A DNA stretch of 64,000 nt, taken from Pirellulales bacterium (GTDB lineage: Bacteria; Planctomycetota; Planctomycetia; Pirellulales; PALSA-1355). The position numbers were made by a program, and so were the translations under genes. Every line of letters starts with the position of its first letter. The first letter of the stretch is position 1. Shown one piece after another: positions 9,101 through 18,512 of this stretch. The notes below the pieces were generated by a model. It searched no databases and had not been told where the DNA came from. It was given only the letters and a program-made list of their open reading frames with translations. The stretch covers positions 2,459 to 66,458 of the forward strand of contig DATJEN010000238.1 in the NCBI GenBank assembly GCA_035496575.1, read 5' to 3'.

Positions 9101-9260
9101 GCCCATGATGCTGGCCACGGCCGTGGGGGCCGAGGTGCAGCGGCCGCTGGCGACCGTGGTGGTGGGCGGAATCCTCAGCTCGCTCTTGCTCACCCTGATG
9201 GTCTTTCCGGCCCTGTACTCACTGTTCGGGCCACGGCCAATTCCAGCCTCGCAGGTCTGA
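6177..9260 (+). CDS. czcA: Heavy-metal-efflux type RND permease (CusA/CzcA family)
   Basis: Starts MLDRIIKFSLEQRLLMLALAGVLVISGISAFRQLPIDAFPDTTPVMVQVNT, closely parallel to CzcA N-termini. About 1027 aa with 12-TM RND architecture. The ATG at 6177 lies 9 nt after the adaptor stop. Confidence 0.9.
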   Translation: MLDRIIKFSLEQRLLMLALAGVLVISGISAFRQLPIDAFPDTTPVMVQVNTTAPALTPADIEVQITYPLEQVIAGLPGLREVRSISKTGLSQVTAVFESGMDILRARQLVSERIGEVELPEAAGVDKPHLGPIATGLGEVYHYLLTSERHDLTELRTIHQWIVKAQLRTVPGVAEVNTWGGFEKQYHVLFDPVLLVKYDLKLENVVAALKANNANVGGGSIARAGETQLVQGVGRLTSLADISGVVLKEFEGHAVRVSDVADVEIDHEIPSGAVTAQGRGPVILGMGFMLMGENSRQITERLRAKMEEVRQALPEGVHIQEVLARTDLVDEVLATARHNLSLGAILVVAALFALGGGLRAGLIVATAIPLSLLFAGNLMLQVGIAGTLMSLGAIDFGIIVDSSVIMVENSVRHLAGNRENRPTIDVVREACVEVRKPTMFGELIIMIVYLPILTLEGIEGKLFRPMALTVLFALAGSLVLSLTLMPAMAGLFLPRQMPEKEPLLVRLAQRLYRPVLRFTLAHRGFVLMAAVALTLAALALAPQLGTEFIPRLNEGSIVIATQRLASVSLEESVRYGTQLEKLLLAEYPDEVKDIWTRTGTAEVATDPMGLDQSDVFITLHPREQWSRAKTQDELVVRMKETVRGMPGMALLFTQPIEQRINEMIAGIRADLGIKVFGEDFDKLTEYTEQVARTVAEIDGARDVVPDQLTHAAVVRVTVDNDALSRYGIPRHEVLDFVAALGTPRVGEVYEGQRRFRLVVRLAEKYRRDAEGLGQLIVPATNGVQLPLERLATIELASMPTVISREWAKRRMLVQCNIRGRDTGSFVAEAKRRVAELSKNWPVGYHVTWGGQFEHMQRGYQRLMIVVPLAGLLIFLLLYATFYSMRDAILIFSGVPFAVVGGIVALWAGGLPFSISAAVGFVALFGIAVLNALVLVSYVHSLTAKGRPLNEAVLEAGLVRMRPVLMTSATAALGFVPMMLATAVGAEVQRPLATVVVGGILSSLLLTLMVFPALYSLFGPRPIPASQV

Positions 9261-9360
9261 CGCGGCGGACTTATCTGCCGGGGTCGGACGACTCGCATTC
9301 TCTGTTGGGCCGCAATCGCGATAGAATGTCGGAAAGAGCTGCCGCCCACCCGCACGTCGG

Positions 9361-12300
9361 GTGAGCATGGGCCGGCTGCCAATCGCTTTTTCACTTCTTC
9401 CGCTAATGTCGCGCACGCTGCCCAATCCGGTCCTCGAGCCCGAGCCAACGCCCTTGCGCGTGGGCGACCTGGAGCGGGCGCTGCGGGCGGCCGATCCCAA
9501 TGTGTTTCTGGTTTCACCGCGCATCCTGCGGCGGGTCATCAAACAGGACACGGACACGCCGGGGTTTGGACTGCGCGTTCCTCATCGAAAGACGTACGCC
9601 ATCCCGCGCGAGCGATTGCTCGACATCGTCGATCGCGCTGATTTGGACCTTTTGTCGGACGCCGAGCTACCGGACCTGGTGATTCTGATTGCGCGGCCGG
9701 CCGCGGAATCTTTGGCCGAGTTGCGCGCCGAGGAAGCACTGCAGAAGTTTTGGCGGCAGTTGTTTCACATCCGCATTCACGTCGCCTATGAGCAACTGGT
9801 TGACGATGGCCGGATGACCGCCGAAGAAGTTCGCAAGCGGATTGCCGCCGTAGGGCAAACCTCGTTCGACGAAGTCCGCTCCGTGTTGCGGCAAGACGAT
9901 TATCTGTTGCCGCCGAGCTCCGAGCTGAGCGTGTACATCGAGTTCGCGGCCGTCTACTGGGAGCTGCGGTTCTTCGTGCCGTCGTTTCTGCGGACCTACT
10001 TTCCGGGACTAGAGGACCTGGCGCAAGTCGAAGAATTGCTTCGCAGAGACGTCGATGCCGAAGCGATCTTGTCCGCCACGCGCCCGCTAGGAGCGCCCGA
10101 TCCGGAGCTCGTGGCCGAGGTGCCCAGCGACGAACGCGTTCCGTTGGCCGGAAGGGTCGAAACCCCCACTGCCGACAGCGCGCGTAAGTTGCCACCGCCC
10201 AAGCGTTCCAACCGCATCGCGGCCAGCCTGGAAGCCAAGGCCGATCGCGCCAGTGAAGTGGGCAACCAGGTGCGTGCGGCGATTTGGCGGAGCCGAGCAG
10301 CCCGATACGCCGATCCCGACCTAGCCAGCGCGGCTCGGGATCGCGCGCGCACCGAGCTCGCGCGGCTGGTGCGGCGCTTGCAAGCCGCGCTGGGGTTTAC
10401 CGACCCGGAAGGGAGTGAATGGGTTCGCTCTCTGGCGACCTTGCTCGACCAATCGGCGCGTGGAATCTGGACGCCGGAAGCGCGGCTGCTTTATGACTTG
10501 CAGAAAGTGTGCGTCGACCACGAGCGGGGCGTCTATACGCTGGACGCGATCGCCTGGCTGACGTCGTTCGGTCGCAAGCCCATCAAGCGCTTTCTGCCCG
10601 GCCAGCGCGACATTTTGATCTCGAAGCACTTGCGTAGCGCCGCCCATCGCTTGCCGGCCGCCAGGCTCTCGCACCGGTCGCGTGCCCGTCTGGCGGCGCT
10701 CCTGCAATCCGCGGTGCATCGGGCCGAGGGCAATTTGCGTGGCCGATTCAAACCGGCCGTGGACCGGGCGCTCGACGATGTCAAGCTCTTGCCGCAAAAC
10801 CCGCCCGAGCGCGTCGCGCGCAAAAAACTGGTCGACGAGATTTTGGATCGAGTAGTCGAGCGCGGGTTCTTGTCGATGGGAGACCTGCGCGACGCGCTTT
10901 CGCGCAACAATCTCAAGTTGCCCGATCTCGCGAGTGCATCGCAATTCTTGCTGGGCGATCAACTCTTGCTTGCCGACCGCGAGCTGGCCGAAAGCCTGGA
11001 TGGCGTGTATCGCGGGGGCGAGGTGTACCGGCGCTGGCCACAGCGATTGAGCTCGCTGGCGTTCGGAACTCCCCTTGGAAGGTTCATCACGCGCTACGCC
11101 GCCGTGCCATTTGGGGGCGCGTTTGTCGTTCTTAAAGGTCTGGAAGAAGTGCTGTTGATTAGCGCCCACAGCACCGATTCCGAAAGTCTGGCGCGCGTCG
11201 CGCATCTGCTTGTGAGCACGCCCGTCATCGTGGGATGCGGGCTGTTGGTTTTGGGACTGCTGTACCAGCGGCGCTTTCGAATGCTGTGCTGGCAAGTCGG
11301 AACCGCGGCCGCGCGGCTGGCGCGGCGGATTCTGGTTGAAGCGCCCGCCTGGCTGCTGCGCATGACCTGGGTGCAGGAAATCGTGCGCAGCCGGCCGTTT
11401 CGGCTGTTTCAGCGTTATGTGCTCAAGCCGCTGGTGATTTCCGTTCTAGCCACGCCCCTCATCGCCGCCGGAACGGACCTCGAAGCGACGCTGGGTGGTT
11501 GGCTGGCGGTGTTCTTGATCGTGAACCTCGCGCTCAATTCCCGCATCGGCCGCAACGTCGACGAGATGGTGACCGATTGGACCGTGAACACCTGGCATCG
11601 CATTCGGATACACGTGGTCGCGGCGCTGTTTCGCATGATCATGGACCTGTTCCATCAAATCGTGCAGACCATCGAACGATTGCTGTATACGGTCGACGAG
11701 TGGTTGCGCTTCCGTGCCGGCGAGCGTCGCTCGGCAACGATCGCCAAGGCCTGTTTGGGAACGGTGTGGTTCTTTGTGAATTACGTGATTCGCTTCTGCG
11801 TCAATCTGATGATTGAACCGCAGGTTAACCCGATCAAGCATTTCCCGGTGGTGACGGTCTCGCACAAATTGATGCTGCCCCTGATCGTCGTGCTGCAGAA
11901 AACATTGGAGGGCCCGCTGGGCGCCGCCTGGGCCTGGACCATTGCCGTGTTCATCCAGTTTCTGATTCCCGGCATTTTTGGGTTCATGGCCTGGGAGTTC
12001 AAAGAGAACTGGCAACTGTACGCCGCCAATCGCGCCCGCAATCTGCGGCCGATCACGATCGGCCACCACGGCGAGACGATGATCCAGTTTTTGCGACCGG
12101 GCTTTCGCTCCGGCACGATCCCCAAGCTTTACGCCCGCTTGCGCAAAGCTGCCCGCAAGGCCTATTGGACGCGCAATTGGAAAACGTATTCAAAACACCA
12201 CGACGCGCTGCATCACGTGAGTGAATCGCTACGGCGGTTCGTGGACCGTGAGCTGCTCGAACTTTTGCACGAAAGCCGCACCTGGGCCGACCCCTCCATT

Positions 12301-12813
12301 ACCAGCGGCGAGATTCACCTGGCGACCAATCGCATCTCGATCGAGCTCTATTGTCCTGACCTGGCGGAAGACAGCTTATGGCTGTCGTTCGAGGAACAAG
12401 CCGGTTGGCTGGTGGCCGAGGTCACGCGGCGCGGATGGATCGACTCTTTGTCGACCGCCCGCCGCCACGCGCTCGCGAGCGCCATGGCCGGGTTTTTCAA
12501 GATGGCGGGCGTGGACCTGGTCCGCGAACAGATCGAGGCCCTGCTGGCGCCCTCGGCCCCGGGCTACGAAGTCACCGAGACGGCGCTTGTGGTGTGGCCG
12601 GGGCGAGAAGCTCCCCCGCGAAGCTATCCTCTGCGAGATTGGTCGCTGTCGAGCGGAGATCCTGCCGGCCAGGCCCCGTCGGACCGCGAGCAGTGGGTGT
12701 TCGCCTGCGAGCCGATTTCCTGGCGCAGGTGGGTCGTCACTTGGGAACTCGACCAGGTCGGTGGCTTCGTGAGCCATTCGGTGGTCGCGAATATGCATCT
12801 GCTGCCCGCTTGA
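9361..12813 (+). CDS. Large (about 1150 aa) uncharacterised multi-pass membrane protein
   Basis: Uninterrupted ORF with GC-rich third codon positions. It has a soluble helical N-terminal half, a hydrophobic block (roughly residues 580-900, e.g. VIVGCGLLVLGLLY, LGGWLAVFLIVNLAL, AWTIAVFIQFLIPGIFGFMAW) and a soluble C-terminus. No family recognised. The start (GTG 9361 or ATG 9367) is uncertain. Confidence 0.7.
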   Translation: MSMGRLPIAFSLLPLMSRTLPNPVLEPEPTPLRVGDLERALRAADPNVFLVSPRILRRVIKQDTDTPGFGLRVPHRKTYAIPRERLLDIVDRADLDLLSDAELPDLVILIARPAAESLAELRAEEALQKFWRQLFHIRIHVAYEQLVDDGRMTAEEVRKRIAAVGQTSFDEVRSVLRQDDYLLPPSSELSVYIEFAAVYWELRFFVPSFLRTYFPGLEDLAQVEELLRRDVDAEAILSATRPLGAPDPELVAEVPSDERVPLAGRVETPTADSARKLPPPKRSNRIAASLEAKADRASEVGNQVRAAIWRSRAARYADPDLASAARDRARTELARLVRRLQAALGFTDPEGSEWVRSLATLLDQSARGIWTPEARLLYDLQKVCVDHERGVYTLDAIAWLTSFGRKPIKRFLPGQRDILISKHLRSAAHRLPAARLSHRSRARLAALLQSAVHRAEGNLRGRFKPAVDRALDDVKLLPQNPPERVARKKLVDEILDRVVERGFLSMGDLRDALSRNNLKLPDLASASQFLLGDQLLLADRELAESLDGVYRGGEVYRRWPQRLSSLAFGTPLGRFITRYAAVPFGGAFVVLKGLEEVLLISAHSTDSESLARVAHLLVSTPVIVGCGLLVLGLLYQRRFRMLCWQVGTAAARLARRILVEAPAWLLRMTWVQEIVRSRPFRLFQRYVLKPLVISVLATPLIAAGTDLEATLGGWLAVFLIVNLALNSRIGRNVDEMVTDWTVNTWHRIRIHVVAALFRMIMDLFHQIVQTIERLLYTVDEWLRFRAGERRSATIAKACLGTVWFFVNYVIRFCVNLMIEPQVNPIKHFPVVTVSHKLMLPLIVVLQKTLEGPLGAAWAWTIAVFIQFLIPGIFGFMAWEFKENWQLYAANRARNLRPITIGHHGETMIQFLRPGFRSGTIPKLYARLRKAARKAYWTRNWKTYSKHHDALHHVSESLRRFVDRELLELLHESRTWADPSITSGEIHLATNRISIELYCPDLAEDSLWLSFEEQAGWLVAEVTRRGWIDSLSTARRHALASAMAGFFKMAGVDLVREQIEALLAPSAPGYEVTETALVVWPGREAPPRSYPLRDWSLSSGDPAGQAPSDREQWVFACEPISWRRWVVTWELDQVGGFVSHSVVANMHLLPA

Positions 12814-12839
12814 GCCAGCGCCCGGCCGCGGGTTTTCGT

Positions 12840-15800
12840 TTATTTCAACGATTCGAGATACGCGATCACGTCTCGCAGTTGTGCGGCAGACAGCGATTTC
12901 TCGAGTCCCTCTGGCATGATCGACGTTGCGATGGGCGTCAGCTCGTCGATGTCCTTGCGCGGGATGCGAATTTCGACTCTCTCGGGCGTACGTAGGTAAA
13001 CAGCGGTCGACGTCTCGCGGCTCAACAGGCCGCTATGAACGCGACCATCGCCCGTAACCGCCTGAAAGCTCTCATAACCTCGCGCGAGGCTTGCGCTGGG
13101 GAACAAGATGGCCTCGACGAGATCGCGTCGCGAGCGGATGCCGCCGATCTTCGACAGGTCAGGGCCGATGCGTTCGCCTTTCGCTCCCACGCGATGGCAC
13201 GCCGCGCACGCCGCCTTCGCTGAAAAAAACAGCTCTTCGCCGCGGGCTGCGTCGCCAGCGGACACGGAAGCTAGCAGCGACTCGATCTTTTCGGCTCGTT
13301 CGCGCTCGGTCGGCGTTTGTTGGTTCAGAAGTGCGGCCGCGCCCTGTTGAACGTCAGTCGGGAAATGTTCGAGCGCTATGCGGATCCGCTCTTTGGAAAC
13401 GCTGGCGAGTGCCGGCGAGGCGGCCAGCGCCGTTAAAAGCTGCTGACCAAGCTCGCGATCCGATTGGCCTTCGAAGGCGCGCAGAAGCCATGCGATTTCC
13501 AACGGCCCGGCATCGGCGAAGAGTTTCGCGATCACCTTTTGCTGAGGAGCGCTCAGCCGCGCGGTCCCCAATGTTTCCGCCGCCGTCAACCGGTCGCGAA
13601 GCGTAGCGTCGGTTGCCCATTGGCCGATCAAGAGGCGAAAGCAGTCATCGTCGATCGGGCGAGACGCGCGTGCGAATGCCACCAGGGCCTGCAAACGGAC
13701 CGCAGTCGGCTGCGAATCGTTTTTGGCCAAGTCGAGGAGCTCACTTGCAAAGGGCGCCGGGTCGATCGAGGCCACAGCCGCGATAGCCCGCTCGCGCACC
13801 TCCGCTTGGGCATGAGCGAGACTCAGCCGCAAGCCAGGCTCCCAAATCTTTGGGCTGGCAAGCTGGCCTGCCGTGCCCGCCTCGACGAGAGTCTCGAGCA
13901 ACATCAGCCGGATGGACGAGGCCGTTTGTGCACGATCAAGCGCGGCGACACAAGCGCTCTCGACCGCCGGCCTGGCGAGCAGTGCGGCAATCGCGCCGCG
14001 GGCCGTTGTCAGTTCATCTTGCGAAGGCGCCGCCAGCGCAAGCCAGCGCGTCACCTGGCCGGCCAGTTCGTCAGCCCAGTCGGGATGGCGCGTGAGAATT
14101 TCGACTGCGGCGTTGAGCAGAGGCCGGTCATCGGTCGCCAATTGAGCGGCCACCAGCTCGCGCGTCAGGCCCCCTGAGTCCATTTGATCGAGAGCAACAA
14201 GGGCGCCGCGGCGGACTTGGGGGGATTCGTGCGCGAGCCCGGCCAGCGTCGCTTCACGATTGTTGACTTCAATCACGGCGAAAATGAGCGCGTGCTCCAA
14301 AAAACGATCCGCCGGTTTCGCAAGCCTGGCGAGCAGGGCTGGCACGGTGGCCGGCTGCCGCAAGCGCCCTAGCGATGTCGCCGCCGCACGCGCCACGGCC
14401 GGCTCGTCTCGCTCAAGCAGCTCGGTCAGCGGCGCAACCGCCGCGCGATCGCGCAGCTCGCCCACCGCATAGGCAGCCGCCTGTCGCACGGGCGCATCAT
14501 CGTCGGCCAGCGCCTGGCGCAGCAGCAGCCCGGCGTTTTGCGAGCCATTCCGCGCCAAGGCCCACACACCTTGCTGGCGCGCGCGGTATTCGGTCAGCTC
14601 AAATAGCGCGGTCGCCAACGACCCCATCGCCGCATCACCGCGCTCGACCAGCACTTCGACCGCGTGCTCGACCACCGCCGGGCGCGGATCGCCCAACAAA
14701 TCGGCCATTTCCGTATCGGAGATTTCCGCCCACTTGAGCTTGAGCCCCCAGGCGTCCGCCACCCGCGGAGCATCGTCGCGTCGAATGCGGTAAATTCCGC
14801 CACCGACCTCAGGCTTCGCGACTTGCGAGGTTGGGCAGCCAATGCGAAACCACCCGCCCGTGTCGATCACCAGCAAACTTCCGTCGGCGTCTTGCAGGAC
14901 GTCCGTGGGGTGAACGTCCGCGTCATCCGAGACGAGAAAATCCTCATCGGTGCAATCGTAACTTGCTCCTTGCGGCGCGAGCACGTGGCGAATGATCTTG
15001 TGCGTGTTGAATTGCGCCGAAAAGAAGTTGTCGCGATACTCCCGGCCCCAATCGGCGCCGGCATATCGACACAGCCCCGACGGCGCGGTGACGCCAAAGC
15101 GGCTGAGAGCCGGCAGGAAGTCGCCGGTCCGCTTGAACTCGCTTGTGCAAGGATGCTTGCGCGGGTAAACGCCGCCGTACACAAAGTGTACGAGCGCGTC
15201 GTGACGCGCGTCATCCGGGTTGTAAAAGGTCATCGTGCCGATCGTATCGCCTTCGGGCGTGAAGGCGACCTCCACGGGATTGTCCATCCCGCCGCCACAA
15301 AATACTTCCACGTCACTGCCATCGGGACGGCAGCTAAACACGCGCGCGGCCAACCCCTTGCTGGCGGTCTGGCCCGCGGCGTTTTTGAATTCATGGCCGT
15401 GCCGGCCGTCGCACCAGGCGATCCGGCCGGTGGGGGTGATGAAGCAGCCATGAATGTCGGCAGCATTTCCGATGAACCCAAACTTGCGGACCAGCTCCTC
15501 GCGCTTGTCGGCCACTCCGTCGCCGTCGGTGTCCTCTAACCGCCAGATCGACGGCGGGCTGGCCACATACAGGGCACCGCGGAACCACACGGCGCCTTGA
15601 GGAAAGGTCATCTTGTCGGCAAACACCGTGGATCGGTCGAAGCGGCCGTCGCCATCGGTGTCCTCGATCATCCGAATCAGGTTCGGCAGCTTTTCCAGAA
15701 GCTGATCGGCCGGCAAGTTGAGTCCCGCATTATCCGCCACAAAAAGCCGTCCACGGTCGTCGAAGCCGGCCATGATCGGATGCTCGACCAGCGGCGCCCC

Positions 15801-15926
15801 CGCGACAAGCTCGATTGAAAAACCTTCGGGAACTCGGAGGTTTGGGCCAGCCGAGACCAGCGTGACGGCCGCGCACAAATTCAGCAGGGCCGCCCCAACA
15901 CAACTGATTCCGAGACGCTTTTTCAC
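12840..15926 (-). CDS. PVC-type putative membrane-bound dehydrogenase domain + HEAT repeats + C-terminal CxxCH heme-binding domain protein
   Basis: Signal peptide; N-terminal beta-propeller-like region (DDRGRLFVADN, DTDGDG repeats); central HEAT-like repeats (DDAPVRQAAAYAVGEL, EPAVARAAATSLGRL); C-terminal KAACAACHRVGAKGERIGPDL cytochrome c motif. Confidence 0.8.
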   Translation of the reverse strand: MKKRLGISCVGAALLNLCAAVTLVSAGPNLRVPEGFSIELVAGAPLVEHPIMAGFDDRGRLFVADNAGLNLPADQLLEKLPNLIRMIEDTDGDGRFDRSTVFADKMTFPQGAVWFRGALYVASPPSIWRLEDTDGDGVADKREELVRKFGFIGNAADIHGCFITPTGRIAWCDGRHGHEFKNAAGQTASKGLAARVFSCRPDGSDVEVFCGGGMDNPVEVAFTPEGDTIGTMTFYNPDDARHDALVHFVYGGVYPRKHPCTSEFKRTGDFLPALSRFGVTAPSGLCRYAGADWGREYRDNFFSAQFNTHKIIRHVLAPQGASYDCTDEDFLVSDDADVHPTDVLQDADGSLLVIDTGGWFRIGCPTSQVAKPEVGGGIYRIRRDDAPRVADAWGLKLKWAEISDTEMADLLGDPRPAVVEHAVEVLVERGDAAMGSLATALFELTEYRARQQGVWALARNGSQNAGLLLRQALADDDAPVRQAAAYAVGELRDRAAVAPLTELLERDEPAVARAAATSLGRLRQPATVPALLARLAKPADRFLEHALIFAVIEVNNREATLAGLAHESPQVRRGALVALDQMDSGGLTRELVAAQLATDDRPLLNAAVEILTRHPDWADELAGQVTRWLALAAPSQDELTTARGAIAALLARPAVESACVAALDRAQTASSIRLMLLETLVEAGTAGQLASPKIWEPGLRLSLAHAQAEVRERAIAAVASIDPAPFASELLDLAKNDSQPTAVRLQALVAFARASRPIDDDCFRLLIGQWATDATLRDRLTAAETLGTARLSAPQQKVIAKLFADAGPLEIAWLLRAFEGQSDRELGQQLLTALAASPALASVSKERIRIALEHFPTDVQQGAAALLNQQTPTERERAEKIESLLASVSAGDAARGEELFFSAKAACAACHRVGAKGERIGPDLSKIGGIRSRRDLVEAILFPSASLARGYESFQAVTGDGRVHSGLLSRETSTAVYLRTPERVEIRIPRKDIDELTPIATSIMPEGLEKSLSAAQLRDVIAYLESLK

Positions 15927-16087
15927 TGCGAATCACCCCTTCTCGACGCGCGCTTCATTGAGCAGCCATTATCGTTGGCAGCGCGCCAGGTGTACAGCAT
16001 TGTTCGCGACTTGCCGCCGCCGCTAGACTGATCCTGCGCGTCGTCAGGTTTCAGGCCAGCAAGTCTTTCGAGAAACGAGAGTTGCCG

Positions 16088-16978
16088 ATGAAACGCGTGC
16101 CGATTGGTCCGCTTTACTATGAGTTTAGCCGCCACCCCGAGGCGCGGCTTCAGGTTGAGCCCGGCGAAATGTTCGCGGTGGAGAGCGAAGATGCATTCAG
16201 CGGACAAATACAGACAAACGCGGATCGCCGCGACAAGTCCAAGATGCCGTTCAGCAATCCGCAAACAGGTCCCATCACCGTTGTGGGGGCCGAACCCGGC
16301 GACGCGATCGCGGTTCGCATCCACTCGATCGTGCCCTTGCACGGACAATGCGTGACGCGGACCAGCGACCCGTGCCAGCTAACGGAATGGCTTGGTGACG
16401 ATTGTCCGCACGGCACGCACGTATGTGCGATTCGCGACGGCCAGATTCATTGGAGCGACAAGCTAACGATTCCGTTCGCCCCGATGCTTGGCTGTATCGG
16501 CACCGCACCGGCCTGGGGCGCGCCCAGCACCCTGCCGGCCGGCGTGCATGGCGGCAATCTGGACCTGGTCGAGGTCTGTCCCGGCAGCACAATTTATCTA
16601 CCGGTTTTCGTGCCCGGCGCGCACCTATACCTGGGCGATGCGCATGCAGCCATGGGCCACGGCGAGCTATCAGCCAGCGGGTTGGAGATGGCTGCCGAAA
16701 CCGTGCTCTCAGTCGACATCCACAAGGGTTCGCGGCTGCGTGGCCCACGCGTCGAAACCGCGGACACAATTATGGCGGTGGCGACCGGCTGCCCCATGGA
16801 GCGGTCGATGGCCAGGGCGTTTGCCGAGCTGATCCTGTGGATGGAGGCGGACTTTGGTTGGAGTCGCTGGCGGGCTTATGACCTGTTGACCCACGTGGCC
16901 GGCACCTCGATTGGCTACTACGGCATCGGGACCGTGGGCGTAAAAATCGCCAAGCGGTATCTGGCTAGCCCGGAATAG
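16088..16978 (+). CDS. Acetamidase/formamidase family protein
   Basis: MKRVPIGPLYYEFSRHPEARLQVEPGEMFAVESEDAFSGQ...NPQTGPITVVGAEPGDAIAVRIHSI...GGNLD...GDAHAAMGHGE is the FmdA/AmdA pattern. The ATG at 16088 lies 6 nt inside the track ORF. Confidence 0.75.
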   Translation: MKRVPIGPLYYEFSRHPEARLQVEPGEMFAVESEDAFSGQIQTNADRRDKSKMPFSNPQTGPITVVGAEPGDAIAVRIHSIVPLHGQCVTRTSDPCQLTEWLGDDCPHGTHVCAIRDGQIHWSDKLTIPFAPMLGCIGTAPAWGAPSTLPAGVHGGNLDLVEVCPGSTIYLPVFVPGAHLYLGDAHAAMGHGELSASGLEMAAETVLSVDIHKGSRLRGPRVETADTIMAVATGCPMERSMARAFAELILWMEADFGWSRWRAYDLLTHVAGTSIGYYGIGTVGVKIAKRYLASPE

Positions 16979-17096
16979 TTGGCGGCCACCAGCCGAAAGT
17001 TTGCGGGCCAATTTCCGCGGGACTAAAATCTCGGGGCGCCAGGCTCCAGCCGATCCCCGTTCCAGCCGTTCCAGTTTCAGACCAGGAGAACCGGAT

Positions 17097-18488
17097 ATGC
17101 GTCGCACCCGCCTCCAACTCGCGTGGGCTCTTCTCGTTCTCTTCAGCGCCGCCAGCGCAGTGGCGAAAGAGACGGCACTCGATCGGTACATTGCCGCGCC
17201 CGACCCGGCTTATCGTTGGGAACTCGCGCAGACGATCGAAGGTGAAGGCCAAACCACCTACGTGCTCGACCTGACCTCGCAAACGTGGCGCACCGCGGCC
17301 GACGTGGATCGCCCGGTCTGGAAGCATTGGTTGACGATCGTTAAGCCGAAGGAAGTCAAAGGCGGCACGGGTTTCCTGTTCATCGGCGGTGGCAGCAATC
17401 GCGATGCGGCGCCGAAGGCGGCGTCCCAGCGCGTGATCGATCTGGCGCTGTATACCGGAACGGTGGTCGCCGAATTGGGCACCGTGCCCAACCAGCCGCT
17501 GCATTTCGCGGATTCAAAGGACGAGGGGCGTTCGGAAGACAACTTGATCGCCTATACGCGCGTCAAGTACATGGCGACCCGCGATCCAACCTGGCTGGTG
17601 CGATTGGCGATGGTGAAAAGCGGCGTGCGCGCCATGGACGCCATGCAAGAGTTCTTGGCCTCTGAGCAGGGCGGGAAGGTTAAGATCGAAAAGTTTGTGG
17701 TCGCGGGCGGATCGAAGCGCGGCTGGACAACGTGGCTCATCGGCACCGTGGACAATCGCGTGGCGGCGATCGTGCCCATGGTGATCGACGCTCTCAACTC
17801 GGAAGTGATCACGCGGCATCACTACGAAGCTTATGGCTTCTTCTCGCCGGCCTTGAAGGACTATGTCCGCCACGGCTTGTTTCCGAACAAGGTGGGCACG
17901 CCGGAATATCGCGAGATTCTCGCAATCGAAGACCCCTACAACTACCGCGACCGCGCGCGTCTGACGATTCCCAAGTTCATTATCAATGCCTCGGGCGACC
18001 AGTTCTTTTTGCCGGACAACTCGCAGTTCTATTACAACGAGCTGCCCGAGGAGAAGCATCTGCGCTATGTGCCTAATGCCAAGCACAACCTGGAAGGGAG
18101 CGACGCCCGCGAAAGTTTAGCTGCGTTCTACCAGGCGGTGCTCGACGGGACGCCACGCCCGAAGTTCTCTTGGACCAAGGAGAGTGACGGCAGCTTGCGC
18201 GTGACGGTTACGGACAAGCCGGCGGAGGTCCTGCTGTGGCAAGCGACGAACCCCAAGGCGCGCGACTTCCGCGTGGATACGATTGGCAAGGCCTACACGA
18301 GCACCAGGCTTGAACCGCGCAGCGACGGAGCGTACCTGGCCCAGGTCTCGAAGCCGCCGGCGGGTTTCACGGCCTTTTTCGTCGAGCTTCAGTACCCGAC
18401 CGGGAAGAAGTATCCATTCAAATTCTCGACGGAAGTCAGCGTGGTGCCTGACGTGCTGCCGTTCAAAATGCCCGGGCCGACGAAGTAA
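17097..18488 (+). CDS. PhoPQ-activated pathogenicity-related protein (PqaA) family, secreted alpha/beta-hydrolase-like
   Basis: AGGAGA (17083-17088) precedes the ATG at 17097. Signal peptide MRRTRLQLAWALLVLFSAASAVA. Family-like blocks WKHWLTIVKP, FLFIGGGSN, VVAGGSKRGWTTW, YVPNAKH. Confidence 0.7.
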   Translation: MRRTRLQLAWALLVLFSAASAVAKETALDRYIAAPDPAYRWELAQTIEGEGQTTYVLDLTSQTWRTAADVDRPVWKHWLTIVKPKEVKGGTGFLFIGGGSNRDAAPKAASQRVIDLALYTGTVVAELGTVPNQPLHFADSKDEGRSEDNLIAYTRVKYMATRDPTWLVRLAMVKSGVRAMDAMQEFLASEQGGKVKIEKFVVAGGSKRGWTTWLIGTVDNRVAAIVPMVIDALNSEVITRHHYEAYGFFSPALKDYVRHGLFPNKVGTPEYREILAIEDPYNYRDRARLTIPKFIINASGDQFFLPDNSQFYYNELPEEKHLRYVPNAKHNLEGSDARESLAAFYQAVLDGTPRPKFSWTKESDGSLRVTVTDKPAEVLLWQATNPKARDFRVDTIGKAYTSTRLEPRSDGAYLAQVSKPPAGFTAFFVELQYPTGKKYPFKFSTEVSVVPDVLPFKMPGPTK

Positions 18489-18512
18489 GGGGCCGGAGGT
18501 AGACACGACGAG

